Source: an uncultured Chloroflexia bacterium
Lineage (GTDB): Bacteria; Chloroflexota; Limnocylindria; Limnocylindrales; CSP1-4
DNA length: 64,000 nucleotides
Direction: 5' to 3'
Assembly: GCA_963746865.1 (NCBI GenBank)
Contig: CAVVDB010000001.1
Location: 6,432-70,431, forward strand
The notes under the pieces are model-generated. The model did no database searches and was not told the DNA's origin. It saw nothing but the letters and a program-made list of their open reading frames with translations. Shown here piece after piece: positions 9,652 through 20,212 of the stretch (position 1 is its first letter; the number at the start of each line of letters is the position of its first letter). The translations under genes were made by a program, and so were the position numbers.

Positions 9652-10923
9652 GTGATCTCGCGCGCCGCAGGGCGGTTCGTTCCACGCCTCCTGGTCGACG
9701 CCCCTGATTTCCGCCGGCTCTGGCTCGGCCAGACCATCTCGGTCTTCGGCGACCAGGTCACCCAGCTCGGGTTGCCCCTGGTCGCCGTCCTGACCTTGGG
9801 CGCGAACCCCGCCCAGATGGGCACCCTCACCGCGGTCGGGCTCCTGCCGCACCTGCTCTTCTCCCTGCCGGCCGGCGTGTGGCTCGATCGTGTCCGATCC
9901 CGGCGGCGGCTGATGATCGCGGCCGACCTGGCTCGTGCGGCGTTGATCGCAAGCATCCCGATCGCGTTCCTGGCCGGCGCGCTGTCGATGCCGCAGCTGT
10001 ACGTGGTCGGCTTCCTCGCCGGCTCGCTGGCGGTCGTCTTCGACCTGTCATGGAACACGCTCTTCGTGACCGTCACGCAGCGCGACCAGTACGTCGCGGC
10101 GATGGCCCTGCTGAACGGGAGCCGGTCGCTCGCATCGGTCGGCGGCCCGACCGTCGGGGGGATCCTGGTCCAGGTCTTCGGAGCTCCGCTGGCGATGCTG
10201 GTCGACTCGGTGTCCTACCTCGGCTCCGTGTTCTTCCTGCGTCGGATCCGCTCGCCCGAACCCCCGGTCGAACCGGAGGAGGGCACGACGCGCGACCGCC
10301 TGCTGGCCGGTCTGTCGTTCGCGTTCAACGACTCGATCATGCGCCCGACCCTGCTGTCGGTCGCGATCGTCAACCTGTTCACGTTCGCGTCCGGGGCACT
10401 GTTCATCCTGTACGCCACGACCGAACTCGGGGTCTCGCCAGGAGCCCTCGGGCTGGCGCTGGGGACGGGGGCCATCGGCGCCGTCATCGGTGCCCTTGTC
10501 GCCACCAGGATCGGTCGGCGGATCGGGCTCGGGCCGGCGTATGCACTGGGCCTGATCATCTTCCCGGTCTCGCTGCTGTTGATCCCGCTCGCATCGCCGG
10601 GAATGCCGATGATCCTGATCCTGGCCCTTCTGTTCGGCTCCGAGTTCGGTGCCGGATTCGGAGTGATGATCCTCGACATCAACGTCGGGGCGATCATCTA
10701 CGCACGGACTCCGGATCGGATCCGGGCGCGTGCCACCGGGGCCTTTCGGTTCGTGAACTACGGCGTCCGTCCGGTCGGGGCGCTCCTCGGTGGCGTTCTC
10801 GGCACGGTCGTCGGCGTTCACGAAGCGATCTGGGTGTCGACGATCGTGGCCTGCGCCGGCGTCCTGTTCCTCGTCGGCTCACCGGTCCTTCGCCTGCGAG
10901 ACCTCCCGGAGGCACCCGAGTAG
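9652..10923 (+). CDS. MFS transporter (DHA3/macrolide-efflux-like)
   Basis: FRRLWLGQTISVFGDQV and GVWLDRVRSRRRLMIAADLARA motifs, ~12 TM. Confidence 0.9.
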   Translation: MISRAAGRFVPRLLVDAPDFRRLWLGQTISVFGDQVTQLGLPLVAVLTLGANPAQMGTLTAVGLLPHLLFSLPAGVWLDRVRSRRRLMIAADLARAALIASIPIAFLAGALSMPQLYVVGFLAGSLAVVFDLSWNTLFVTVTQRDQYVAAMALLNGSRSLASVGGPTVGGILVQVFGAPLAMLVDSVSYLGSVFFLRRIRSPEPPVEPEEGTTRDRLLAGLSFAFNDSIMRPTLLSVAIVNLFTFASGALFILYATTELGVSPGALGLALGTGAIGAVIGALVATRIGRRIGLGPAYALGLIIFPVSLLLIPLASPGMPMILILALLFGSEFGAGFGVMILDINVGAIIYARTPDRIRARATGAFRFVNYGVRPVGALLGGVLGTVVGVHEAIWVSTIVACAGVLFLVGSPVLRLRDLPEAPE

Positions 10924-10943
10924 GGCGGCCAGCGTCTGCGGGC

Positions 10944-11696
10944 CTACTCCCAGCGGAAGGTCCGGGCGGCCAGCACGGTCGTCGCGACGGCCCACACGGC
11001 CAGGACGATCAAGGGCGACGCAGCGCTCGTCGCCTCCGACCCGAGCGCCACACGGAATGCGTCGGACAGGGCCGCCGCCGGGAGGAGCGGGGCTAGCGCG
11101 GCCAGCGGACCTGGCAGGTGCGACACCGGCAGGACGATCCCGCCGAGCAGGAGGAACGCGATGAACAGGCCGTTGGCCAGGGCCAGTGTCGCCTCCGCTC
11201 GCAGCGCACCGGCCAGCAGCAGTCCGAGACCGGCGAATGCGACGCTGCCTAGCAACAAGGCGGCGACGAAGAAGACCGGCGAACCGCCCCCCTCGGGTCG
11301 CCAGCCAAGCGCGAGCGCGGCGACTGAGACGAGCAACACGACCTGACCGACTTCGACCACGAGGACCGCCGCCATCTTGGCGGCGAGCAGGCCACTGCGG
11401 GACAACGGCGACCCGCCGAGTCGCTTGAGGACGCCGTAGCTTCGCTCATAGGCGGTCGCGATCCCGAGGTTCACCAGGCTCGTCGCGATGACGGCCAAGG
11501 CCAGCGCCCCAGGGAGGAGGAAGTCGACCGGCGCGCCGTCGCCCGTGGGCAGGATGCTGACGCTGGCGAAGAACAACAGGACGACGATCGGGATGACGAC
11601 CGTGACCAGGACGTTCTCGCCGCGCCGGGACGTCAGGGTCAGTTCCATGCGGGTCTGCGCCAGCGTCGCGGCCACGGGCGAAGCGGGGCGGCTCAT
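10944..11696 (-). CDS. ABC-2 type transporter permease
   Basis: IATAYERSYGVLKRLGGSPL motif, ~6 TM, ends in FRWE. Confidence 0.9.
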   Translation of the reverse strand: MSRPASPVAATLAQTRMELTLTSRRGENVLVTVVIPIVVLLFFASVSILPTGDGAPVDFLLPGALALAVIATSLVNLGIATAYERSYGVLKRLGGSPLSRSGLLAAKMAAVLVVEVGQVVLLVSVAALALGWRPEGGGSPVFFVAALLLGSVAFAGLGLLLAGALRAEATLALANGLFIAFLLLGGIVLPVSHLPGPLAALAPLLPAAALSDAFRVALGSEATSAASPLIVLAVWAVATTVLAARTFRWE

Positions 11697-12649
11697 GGGA
11701 ACCCCTCGCGACCGCGCTCAACCAGGTCCAGGTAGACGTCCTCGAGGCTGCCCCCGCTCGTCCGCAACTCCACGATGAGCCGGCCGGAGGCGGCGCACCA
11801 GCCGGCGAGGGCATCGACCAGGACCGGATCCGGAGCGACGCCCTCGAGCCGGTACCGAGCGCCGCTCGCGTCCGGGACCACGGCCGCCTCCGGGGCTCGT
11901 TCGCGCAGGGTCGCCGACAGGCTCGCCACCTCGTCCCCGCCGAGCTCCAGGTCGAGCCGGAACCGAAGCTGCGGCGTCGAACCCGCCGCCAGCGCGGCGG
12001 GACTCCCGGACGCGACGATCCGGCCGCCGTCGATCACGCAGATCCGGTCGGCCAACCGCTCGACGTCGGTCAGATCGTGGCTCGTCATGAGGATCGCCGC
12101 GCCGGCGTCGCGCAGGTCGGCGACGATCTGGCGGGTCGCCGCCCGTCCCTCCGGGTCCATCCCGGCGGTCGGCTCGTCGAGGATCAGGACCTCCGGCCGC
12201 CCGACAAGCGCGAGGGCGAGCCCCAGCCGCTGGCGCTCGCCGCCGGACAGCCGGCGGTAACCGGTCCCGGCCACCGCCCGCAAGCCGACCAGCTCGAGGA
12301 GTTCATCCGGATCACGCGGGTCGACGTGGAAGCCGCCGTATTGCCGGAGGGTTTCCCGCGGGTGCGCGCGCGGATCGATCCCGCCGCCCTGGAGCATCAG
12401 CCCGACGCGCGCCCGCAGCGCCGGCCCACCCGTCGCGGGGTCGAGTCCCAGGACACGCGCCCGACCGTCATCAGGTCGGCGGTAGCCCTCGACGATCTCG
12501 ACCGTTGTGGTCTTGCCGGCGCCGTTCGGCCCGAGCAGGGCGACGAGTTCGCCCGGCGAGACCGTCAGGGAGATGCCGTCGAGCACGGTCCGCGGGCCGT
12601 ACCGCTTGACCAGCCCCTCGACGACGACCGGCGGGTCGCCGCCGGTCAC
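11693..12649 (-). CDS. ABC transporter ATP-binding protein
   Basis: GPNGAGKTT, LSGGERQR, ILDEPT, SLEDVYLDL. Confidence 0.93.
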   Translation of the reverse strand: MTGGDPPVVVEGLVKRYGPRTVLDGISLTVSPGELVALLGPNGAGKTTTVEIVEGYRRPDDGRARVLGLDPATGGPALRARVGLMLQGGGIDPRAHPRETLRQYGGFHVDPRDPDELLELVGLRAVAGTGYRRLSGGERQRLGLALALVGRPEVLILDEPTAGMDPEGRAATRQIVADLRDAGAAILMTSHDLTDVERLADRICVIDGGRIVASGSPAALAAGSTPQLRFRLDLELGGDEVASLSATLRERAPEAAVVPDASGARYRLEGVAPDPVLVDALAGWCAASGRLIVELRTSGGSLEDVYLDLVERGREGFP

Positions 12650-13164
12650 GACGCGATCCGGGCGTACTGGCGCTCGAACTCCGCGTCGGTCAGTTCACCG
12701 ATCTGGATCGACCGGATCACGCCCATGCGATCGACGAAGTAGGTCTGCGGCCGGCCGGCCACGCGATAGGCCGTCTTGATCGCCTTGTCCGGGTCGACGA
12801 TGGTCGGCCAGTCGGCGCCGTACTGCGTGACGAAATCGCGCGCCGGCTCGACCGGATCGTCGGTCAGCACGCCCACGATCGTCAGGCCGTCACCCGCGTG
12901 CTGCTGCAGCTTCGCCTCGAGGAGGGGGAACTCGTCCCGGCACGGGACGCAGCTCGGACCCCAGAAGTTGACGACGACCGGCTTGCCGGCCAGGGTCGAA
13001 AGATCGAACGCCGAGCCGTCGAGCGTTGACCCGACGATCGCGGGTGCCTGGGCCCCGACGGCCGCGTGCGACGCATCCCCCTGCCCGGATCGAACGAACC
13101 AGACGAATGCCGCGGTCGTCAAGCCGGCGACGACAAGGGCAGCCAGGATCGTCCGGCGCGGCAT
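12646..13164 (-). CDS. TlpA/ResA-family thiol-disulfide oxidoreductase
   Basis: N-terminal TM anchor, VVNFWGPSCVPC, PQTYFVD. Confidence 0.9.
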   Translation of the reverse strand: MPRRTILAALVVAGLTTAAFVWFVRSGQGDASHAAVGAQAPAIVGSTLDGSAFDLSTLAGKPVVVNFWGPSCVPCRDEFPLLEAKLQQHAGDGLTIVGVLTDDPVEPARDFVTQYGADWPTIVDPDKAIKTAYRVAGRPQTYFVDRMGVIRSIQIGELTDAEFERQYARIAS

Positions 13165-13176
13165 GATGCGGGAAGG

Positions 13177-14271
13177 CTACTTGAGGGTCGCCGTCCCCGT
13201 CATCGCCGGGTGGACGGTACATACGAACTTGTACTCGCCGGCGGGTTGTGCCGGGACGTTGTAGATGCGGGTCTCGATCCCCGGGAAGATGTCGCCCTTG
13301 AACACCTCGGTCCCGGACCCGGCGATCAGGGCGACGTTGTGGGGGGTCGCAGGGTCCTCGTTATCGAACGCGATCGTGAACGGCTTGCCGGCCGGTGCGG
13401 TCCACGTCTTCTCGACGAAGGCCACGCCCTTGGCCTGGACGTGGACGTCGGCCGCGGGACCGCTCGCCGGCGGCGGGGCCCCGCTCGCCCCGCCCGATGG
13501 GGCCGGCGCACCCGAACCGCCCGGCGTCCCGGTCCCGCCGTTGGCCTGCCCGGTGGCGAACACGCTCGACTGGAGGATCGCGGCGCCGACGGTCAGGACG
13601 ATGAGCGAGCCGAGGAGCCGGGACGGCACCCGAGAGGTCGGGATGTTCTCGAGGTGGCCGGTCGTGTCCGCTTCGACCGTCTTGCGGTACTCCCCGACGG
13701 CGTCGGTCAGCCAGCCGACGAGGGTCGAGATCAGGGCGATGACGCCGACGGCCAGCAGCCAGCCCTCGAAGACGAGGCCCAGGAAAAGCAGGAAGACCCC
13801 GAACGCCCCGAGGAACGGGCGCCACGACGGCCCCGGCATGTGGACGCCCGGCGGCGGTCCGTCCTCGACGACGGCCGGCAGCGCCGGGGCGGTCGCGCCG
13901 ATGTCGTGGTCGTAGATGCGCAGCCCCTCGGCGAGCCAGTAGAGCAGCGTCAGGGTCAGCGCGATCGCCCCGAGGACCAGGGCGACGCCGCCGAAGACCA
14001 GCCCGATCAGGATCAGGAAGGTCCCGGTCGCGGCGAACGCCGGGGCGAACGACGGCCCCGGCATGTGGATCCCGGGCGGTGTGCTGGGCTCGATCCGTTG
14101 CATCCCGCGCCGAGCCGGCGGCGCCTTGACGAGCCGGCGGAAGACGCCCATCAGGAGGGCGACGACGATGACCAGGAAGAGCACCGGCAGGACGCCGATG
14201 ATCGCGCTCCAGTCGGGTGACACGAACTGCGAGGTCAGTTCGAGGAGGTTGGTCCAGATCCGCTCGAGCAT
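13177..14271 (-). CDS. Membrane protein with two oxidase subunit IV (CtaF C-half)-like repeats fused to a C-terminal cupredoxin
   Basis: PPG(I/V)HMPGPS-hairpin occurs twice; C-terminal HNVAL...CTVHPAM type-1 copper ligands. Confidence 0.8.
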   Translation of the reverse strand: MLERIWTNLLELTSQFVSPDWSAIIGVLPVLFLVIVVALLMGVFRRLVKAPPARRGMQRIEPSTPPGIHMPGPSFAPAFAATGTFLILIGLVFGGVALVLGAIALTLTLLYWLAEGLRIYDHDIGATAPALPAVVEDGPPPGVHMPGPSWRPFLGAFGVFLLFLGLVFEGWLLAVGVIALISTLVGWLTDAVGEYRKTVEADTTGHLENIPTSRVPSRLLGSLIVLTVGAAILQSSVFATGQANGGTGTPGGSGAPAPSGGASGAPPPASGPAADVHVQAKGVAFVEKTWTAPAGKPFTIAFDNEDPATPHNVALIAGSGTEVFKGDIFPGIETRIYNVPAQPAGEYKFVCTVHPAMTGTATLK

Positions 14272-14309
14272 CGGTCGTCGTCAGGTCACGGGGCCGTCGG
14301 TGGACCCGC

Positions 14310-14516
14310 TCACTCGTCGGTCGATCCGGCGACAAGGACGTACGCCATGATCGCCATCGCGACGCCAAGGAAGAGCAGCATGGTCGTGCCCGCAGCGACG
14401 TCGTTGTACGGGACGGTCAGTCCCTCGATGGTCGGGATCGCGTAGAAGATCACGGCGATGACGATGAAGATGATGCCCGCCAGGGCGGCGTTCCTCGGGT
14501 GCTTGAGCGGGTGCAT
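14310..14516 (-). CDS. Small 2-TM protein, probably oxidase subunit IV N-half-like
   Basis: Position after ctaE; [18 protein letters not shown] resembles the CtaF N-terminal helices. Confidence 0.6.
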   Translation of the reverse strand: MHPLKHPRNAALAGIIFIVIAVIFYAIPTIEGLTVPYNDVAAGTTMLLFLGVAMAIMAYVLVAGSTDE

Positions 14517-14522
14517 GGCGCG

Positions 14523-15170
14523 TTACACCGTCTTTCCGGGCAGCAGGTAGAGCAGCGAGAAGAGCAGGATCCAGACGACGTCGACGAAGTGCCAGTAGAG
14601 CGAGGCGCCCTCGACCGCGTCGTAGTGCCTGCTGCTGAACTGGCCGGCCATCCCACGGTAGAGGACGACGCAGAGCATCACCACGCCTCCGAAGACGTGT
14701 GCGCCATGGAAGCCGGTGAGCGTGTAGTAGGTCGTCCCATAGGTCCCGGACGAGAGGGTCAGCCCTTCTGAACCCAGGAGCACGTAGTCGGTCGCCTGCA
14801 TCAGCAGGAAGACGATGCCGAGGATGACGGTGACGGTCATCGTGCGGAGGAACGTGGTCCGCTGGTCGCGGCGGATCGCCCGGACCGCCATCTGGCAGGT
14901 CACCGAACTCAGGATCAGCAGGATCGTCGCCGGGCCGACGAACGGCATGATCTGCAGCGTGTCGTGGAACTCTTCGGGCGGCCACTGCGCCGAGTTGGCG
15001 CGGATGTTGAAGTAGGCCGCGAAGAGGCCGCCGAAGAACATCACCTCCGAGGTGATGAACAGGAGCATGCCCAGGACCGGGTTGCTGATCCCGCCGTGGC
15101 TGTCGTGCGGCATCACGGACATCGGGCTGTGCTGCTCGTACGGCACGAGTGCCTGGTTGTCGGTGGTCAT
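14523..15170 (-). CDS. ctaE: Cytochrome c oxidase subunit III
   Basis: [33 protein letters not shown]. Confidence 0.95.
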   Translation of the reverse strand: MTTDNQALVPYEQHSPMSVMPHDSHGGISNPVLGMLLFITSEVMFFGGLFAAYFNIRANSAQWPPEEFHDTLQIMPFVGPATILLILSSVTCQMAVRAIRRDQRTTFLRTMTVTVILGIVFLLMQATDYVLLGSEGLTLSSGTYGTTYYTLTGFHGAHVFGGVVMLCVVLYRGMAGQFSSRHYDAVEGASLYWHFVDVVWILLFSLLYLLPGKTV

Positions 15171-15183
15171 CGTCGTCGTCCGC

Positions 15184-16812
15184 TCAATGCTCGGCCGCGC
15201 GGCCGTAGCGCTGGTCGAACAATGGCCGTTCGGAGCGGATCTCCGGCAGTCGGTCGAAGTTGTAGGCGGGCGGCGGCGAGGTCGTCGCCCATTCGAGGGT
15301 ATTGGCCTCCCATGGGTCGTCGCCGGCCGGCGCTCCGCTGCGCAGCGAGAGGAAGATGTTCCAGAGGAGCAGCATCATGCTTGCCGCGATGGTGAACCCA
15401 CCGAATGTGGCCAGCACGTTCAGATCGGTCCAGCCCGCGCTCGACGCGTAGTTGGCGATCCGGCGCGGCATGCCCGCCAGCCCGAGTTCGTGCATCGGGA
15501 AGAAGGTCAGGTTGAAGCCGATGAACATCAGCACGAACTGCGCCTTGCCGACCGTCTCGTTCATCATCCGGCCGGTCATCTTGGGGAACCAGTAGTAGAG
15601 CGCCGCCATGACCCCGAAGACCGAGCCGCCGAACAGGACGTAGTGCAGGTGGGCGACCACCCAGTACGTGTCGTGCAGCGCGAAGTCGACCGGGACCGAG
15701 GCGCTGAACGCGCCGTTGATGCCGCCGATCAGGAACATCGTCAGGAAGCCGATGGCGAACAGGAGCGGCGTCTTGAGCATCAACTGGCCGCGCCACATGG
15801 TGAATACCCAGTTGAACATCTTGACCCCGGTCGGGATCGCGATGAGGAAGGTCATGATGCTGAAGAAGGGCAGGTAGACCGCCCCGGTCGTGAACATGTG
15901 GTGGGCCCAGACGGAGAACCCGAGGGCGCCGATCGCGGCGGTCGCGAAGATGAACGCCTTGTAGCCGAACAGCGGCTTGCGGCTGAAGACCGGCAGGATC
16001 TCGCTCACGAAGCCCATCGCCGGCAGGACCATGACGTAGACGGCCGGGTGCGAGTAGAACCAGAAGATGTTCTGGTACAGGATCGCGTCGCCGCCGCGTG
16101 AGGGGTCGAAGAAGGCGCCGCCGTAGTTGCGGTCGATGAACAGCATGATCAGGGCGCTGGTGATGACGGGGGTGGCCATCAGGACGAGGACCGAGGTGAC
16201 CAGCATCGTCCAGACCAGGATCGGCATCCGGAAGAGCGTCATCCCGGGCGCCCGCATCTTGAAGATCGTGACCAGGAAGTTGATCGCGCCGAGGATCGAG
16301 CTCGTGCCGATCAGGACGAGCGCGACGATCCACAGGTCCTGGCCGTAGCCGGTTGCCGCCAGCGCCCGGTCCTCCGAGAGCGGCGCGTAACTCGTCCAGC
16401 CGGCCGCCGCCGTTCCGCCGGTCACGAACCCGAGCAGGAGCAGGACGCCGGCCAGAGGCAGCATCCAGAACGACAGCGCGTTGATCCGCGGGAAGGCCAT
16501 GTCCGGCGCGCCGATCTGGAGCGGCACGACATAGTTGCCGAAGCCCGCCAGCATCGGGATCACGAACAGGAAGATCATGAATGTGGCGTGCATCGTGAAC
16601 AGCTCGTTGTAGGTCGAGTCGGTCACGAACTGGAGGCCGGGTTGGGCGAGTTCGGTCCGGACCACCAACGCGAGCAGCCCGCCGATGAAGAAGAAGACGA
16701 ACGAGTTGATCACGTACATGATCCCGATCTTCTTGTGATCGGTCGTCGTCAACCAGGCGTACAGCCCGCTGCGGTACGCGGAGGCGGCCGGCGTCAGCGT
16801 GGTCGTCGCCAT
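15184..16812 (-). CDS. ctaD: Cytochrome c oxidase subunit I (A2 type)
   Basis: DHKKIG, FWFYSHPAVY (A2 YSHPxV signature), WAHHMF, VAHLHYV, GMPRR. Confidence 0.97.
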   Translation of the reverse strand: MATTTLTPAASAYRSGLYAWLTTTDHKKIGIMYVINSFVFFFIGGLLALVVRTELAQPGLQFVTDSTYNELFTMHATFMIFLFVIPMLAGFGNYVVPLQIGAPDMAFPRINALSFWMLPLAGVLLLLGFVTGGTAAAGWTSYAPLSEDRALAATGYGQDLWIVALVLIGTSSILGAINFLVTIFKMRAPGMTLFRMPILVWTMLVTSVLVLMATPVITSALIMLFIDRNYGGAFFDPSRGGDAILYQNIFWFYSHPAVYVMVLPAMGFVSEILPVFSRKPLFGYKAFIFATAAIGALGFSVWAHHMFTTGAVYLPFFSIMTFLIAIPTGVKMFNWVFTMWRGQLMLKTPLLFAIGFLTMFLIGGINGAFSASVPVDFALHDTYWVVAHLHYVLFGGSVFGVMAALYYWFPKMTGRMMNETVGKAQFVLMFIGFNLTFFPMHELGLAGMPRRIANYASSAGWTDLNVLATFGGFTIAASMMLLLWNIFLSLRSGAPAGDDPWEANTLEWATTSPPPAYNFDRLPEIRSERPLFDQRYGRAAEH

Positions 16813-16822
16813 CGATGCCTCC

Positions 16823-17983
16823 CTACTGGACCGTGAGCGTGCCGGTCATCGTCGGATGCACGGTACAGATGAAAGCGTAGCCGCCGGCGGGCAGCGCGGG
16901 GACGTTGTAGACCTTGGTCGCGACACCGGGGAAGATCTCGCCCTTGAAGACCTCCTCGCCGGTCGGCGATCCCTTGTGGATGGCGACGTTGTGCGGGACG
17001 GCCGGATCCTTGTTCTCGAAGTCGATCTGCCACGGCACGGCGGCCGGCGCAGTGATCGCGGTTTGCTCGAACTTCAGGCCGATGGCACTGACCTTGACCG
17101 CGGATCCCGCCCCACCGCTCGGCGGCGGCGCGGGCGTGGCGCTGGCCTTCGCGACCTTGTCGGCCAGCCAGGCGTCGAATTGGGTCGCCGTCACGGCTTT
17201 CACGTCGAACAGCATCGTCGAGTGGCCGACGCCGCATAGCTCGGCGCACTGGCCGTGGAAGACCTGGCCCGCGTCAGACTCGTTCACGGTGAAGTCGAAG
17301 GCGGTGAGCCGCCCCGGGACGACGTCGCGCTTGAACAGGAACTGCGGCACGTAGAACGCGTGGATGACGTCCTTGGGACTGACGAAGAGCTGGAGCTGGA
17401 CCGTGCGACCGGCCGGCACGTACATCCCACCGACGGTCGCGTCCTTCTCGTCGACGCGGGGCGCGTACTCGGTGTACAGCACCTTGGAGCCGGTCTGGTC
17501 GAGATACTCGAACGTCCACTGGAACTGACCGGCGACGGCGCGGATCTTCGTCTGCGCCGACGGGTCGCTCGTGTCGACCTCGTTGAGGGTCTGCCACGAG
17601 ATGACGAACATGAACAGGACGAGGATCGTCGGCACGATCGTCCACACGAACTCGGCGACGTTGTTGCCGTGCGTCTGCGGCGGCAGATCGACATCGGTCG
17701 GCTTGCGCCGATAGCGGATGACGGTCCAGATGATCAGCCCTTCGACGACGATGAAGATCGCGACCGCGATCAGGAAGATGACGGTGTACAGATCGCGGAT
17801 CTGGGCGCCCTCGCTGGTCACCGCGATCGGCGGATACAGCCCGGTGATGAACTTCCCGCCTTCCTCGATGACGTCGATGTGGAAGAGGTAGACCAGGATC
17901 AGGCTCAGTCCGACGATGGCCGCGCCCACAGCGAGGGCGAAGACCGCGGTCTGGGAGGAGCGCGACCCGGGGGAGCTCGACAT
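16823..17983 (-). CDS. ctaC: Cytochrome c oxidase subunit II with a C-terminal cupredoxin domain
   Basis: GAGGA RBS and ATG at 17983; DVIHAF...CAELCGVGHSTM CuA site; extra domain HNVAI...CTVHPTM. Confidence 0.93.
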   Translation of the reverse strand: MSSSPGSRSSQTAVFALAVGAAIVGLSLILVYLFHIDVIEEGGKFITGLYPPIAVTSEGAQIRDLYTVIFLIAVAIFIVVEGLIIWTVIRYRRKPTDVDLPPQTHGNNVAEFVWTIVPTILVLFMFVISWQTLNEVDTSDPSAQTKIRAVAGQFQWTFEYLDQTGSKVLYTEYAPRVDEKDATVGGMYVPAGRTVQLQLFVSPKDVIHAFYVPQFLFKRDVVPGRLTAFDFTVNESDAGQVFHGQCAELCGVGHSTMLFDVKAVTATQFDAWLADKVAKASATPAPPPSGGAGSAVKVSAIGLKFEQTAITAPAAVPWQIDFENKDPAVPHNVAIHKGSPTGEEVFKGEIFPGVATKVYNVPALPAGGYAFICTVHPTMTGTLTVQ

Positions 17984-18172
17984 CAAGGTCCTCGAGGATG
18001 GACGACGCACCTGGACGGGGCACGACGACCGATGCGAACGGCAGGCGCGGTCGACCGCCCGAGGGTCGAACCGCGGCCATTCTACCCGGCGAGCGCGCCG
18101 CTCGCGCGTCACAGGCGGTCGTTTGCCGGCCTCGTGACGACCGGCCGACCGGTTCGTGCGACCATGCGGCCG

Positions 18173-19198
18173 ATGTCTCGACAGGGTCGGTTCCAGCGGG
18201 TCGTTGCCGTCGGTCTCGCGCTGGGCGGAGTCGTGGCGCTGGCCGGTCCCGTGGCGGCCCACGGGCCTGTCCCGACCGACCCGCCGACCGCCGGGTCGCT
18301 CTTCCTGTCGTGGACATTCGAGCCGCTGCCGACCCTCGGGATCGCGATCGGGGTCGGGTGGTGGTTGTGGGCGGTCCATCGGGTCAACGCGGCGCACCCC
18401 GGCAATCCGGTCCGGCGCCGACGGACGGTCGCCTTCCTGGCCGGGATGCTCGCCCTGGCCGTCGCCCTGCTGTCCGGGATCGACCGCTACGACACGTCGC
18501 TCTTCTCGGTGCACATGGTCCAGCACGTGCTGCTGATGCTGGTCGCCGCCCCGCTGCTGGCGCTGGCCGCCCCGATCACGCTCGTCCTTCGGGTGAGCTC
18601 GTCGACGACCCGCCAGCGCTGGCTGCTCCCGGTCCTCCATTCGCGGGTCGTCCGGTTCATGGGCCACCCGGTCACGGCATGGGTGATGTTCGCCGCGATG
18701 ATGTGGGCGGTCCACTTCTCGCCGCTGTTCGAGGCGTCGCTCGAGGACCCGCTGGTCCATGACATCGAGCACCTCCTGTTCCTGACCGGGGCACTCTTCT
18801 TCTGGTGGCCGGCGGTGGCGCTCGACCCGGCGCCGTGGCGGATGGGACATCCGGCGCGGATCGTCTACCTGTTCACCCAGATGACGCAGAACACGTTCGT
18901 GGCGGTCGTCATCCTCAACGCCACGGCGCCGCTCTATCCGCACTACGCCACGCTGGTGCGCCCGTGGGGGATGACCGCCATCGACGACCAGCGCCTGGCG
19001 GCCGGCATCATGTGGATCGCCGGCGACGCGATCTTCCTGACCGCGATCCTTGCCGTCCTGATCGGCTGGATGCGGGCTGAGGCGCGCGATACGGCCCGCG
19101 CCGACCGGCGGGCCGATGCGGAACTGGCCCAGATCCGGATCCGGGAGCGGCGTCTGGCCGATCGCCTGGCCGAGGAGCGCGGCGAGACCCAGGGGTAG
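18173..19198 (+). CDS. ctaG: Cytochrome c oxidase assembly factor (caa3 CtaG type)
   Basis: SVHMVQHVLLMLVAAPLL, FWWP, DQRLAAGIMW; divergent from ctaC. Confidence 0.9.
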   Translation: MSRQGRFQRVVAVGLALGGVVALAGPVAAHGPVPTDPPTAGSLFLSWTFEPLPTLGIAIGVGWWLWAVHRVNAAHPGNPVRRRRTVAFLAGMLALAVALLSGIDRYDTSLFSVHMVQHVLLMLVAAPLLALAAPITLVLRVSSSTTRQRWLLPVLHSRVVRFMGHPVTAWVMFAAMMWAVHFSPLFEASLEDPLVHDIEHLLFLTGALFFWWPAVALDPAPWRMGHPARIVYLFTQMTQNTFVAVVILNATAPLYPHYATLVRPWGMTAIDDQRLAAGIMWIAGDAIFLTAILAVLIGWMRAEARDTARADRRADAELAQIRIRERRLADRLAEERGETQG

Positions 19199-19203
19199 GC
19201 GCG

Positions 19204-20212
19204 TCAGCCCTCGGGTGGGATCGGGGCCGACAGGAACTCGCGGTAGCGGTCCGGGTCGACGTTGCCGCCGCTGACGACCGCGACGACGGGCCCAAGCAGG
19301 TCAGCGAGGCCGATCTCCGCCGCGTGGAACGCGAGCGCGGCGATCGACAGCGCTCCTGACGGCTCCACGACCAGCCGGCTGCGCTCCGCGGCGAGGCGGA
19401 CCGCCGCGGCGATCTCCGCCTCGCTCACGGTGACGATCGAATCGAGATGGGCGCGCAAGTGCGCGAAGGTCCGCGCCCCAAGCGCCTGGGTCCTGGTCCC
19501 GTCGGCGATCGTCCGCGAGACCTGCTCGGCCGTCCAGTGGACGATCTCGCCGCGGGCGAGCGAGTCGCGGGCATCGGCCGCCAGCTCGGGCTCCACGCCG
19601 ATGACCCGTACGGCCGGGCGCAGGGCCTTCACCGCGACGGCGATCCCGCTCGCCAGCCCACCGCCGCCGATCGGGATCAGGATCGCGGCAAGGTCCGGCA
19701 GCTCCTCCAGCACCTCCAACCCGATGGTTCCCTGGCCGGCGATGATCCGATCGTCGTCGTAGGGCGGGATGATGGCGAGCCCCCGCTCGCGCGCCATCTG
19801 CTCGGCGACCCGCTGGCGCTCGTCGCTGGCGGTCCCGACGATGACGATCTCCGCCCCGTCCGCGGCGACCCGCTCGCGCTTGATGGCCGGCGCATCGGAC
19901 GGCATGACGACGACGGCGGGCGCCCCGAGCAGGCGGGCCGACCTGGCCACGCCCTGGGCGTGGTTGCCCGGACGAGTAGGTGATGACGCCCCGCGCGAGC
20001 TCGACGGCGGACAGCGACGAGATCGCGTTGTAGGCGCCCCGGATCTTGAACGCGCCGATCGGCTGGAGCGACTCGGCCTTGAGGTAGCGCTGCTGATCCG
20101 GCGGGCCGAACGCGACGAGCGGCGTCCGGATGGCGACCCCACGAAGGCGGTCCGCAGCGGCCCGGATGTCGTCGAGACCGACGAGCGTGCCGACGGCCTC
20201 GGACACGGTCAA
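19204..20212 (-). CDS. PLP-dependent threonine/serine dehydratase (frameshift near 19970)
   Basis: [24 protein letters not shown] split across frames, PIGGGGL, SGGNVD. Confidence 0.88.

Noticed and set aside
16823-18943. 706-aa CtaC with a long N-terminal extension
   Set aside because: The extension is antisense to ctaG; RBS and ATG at 17983 give the real start.
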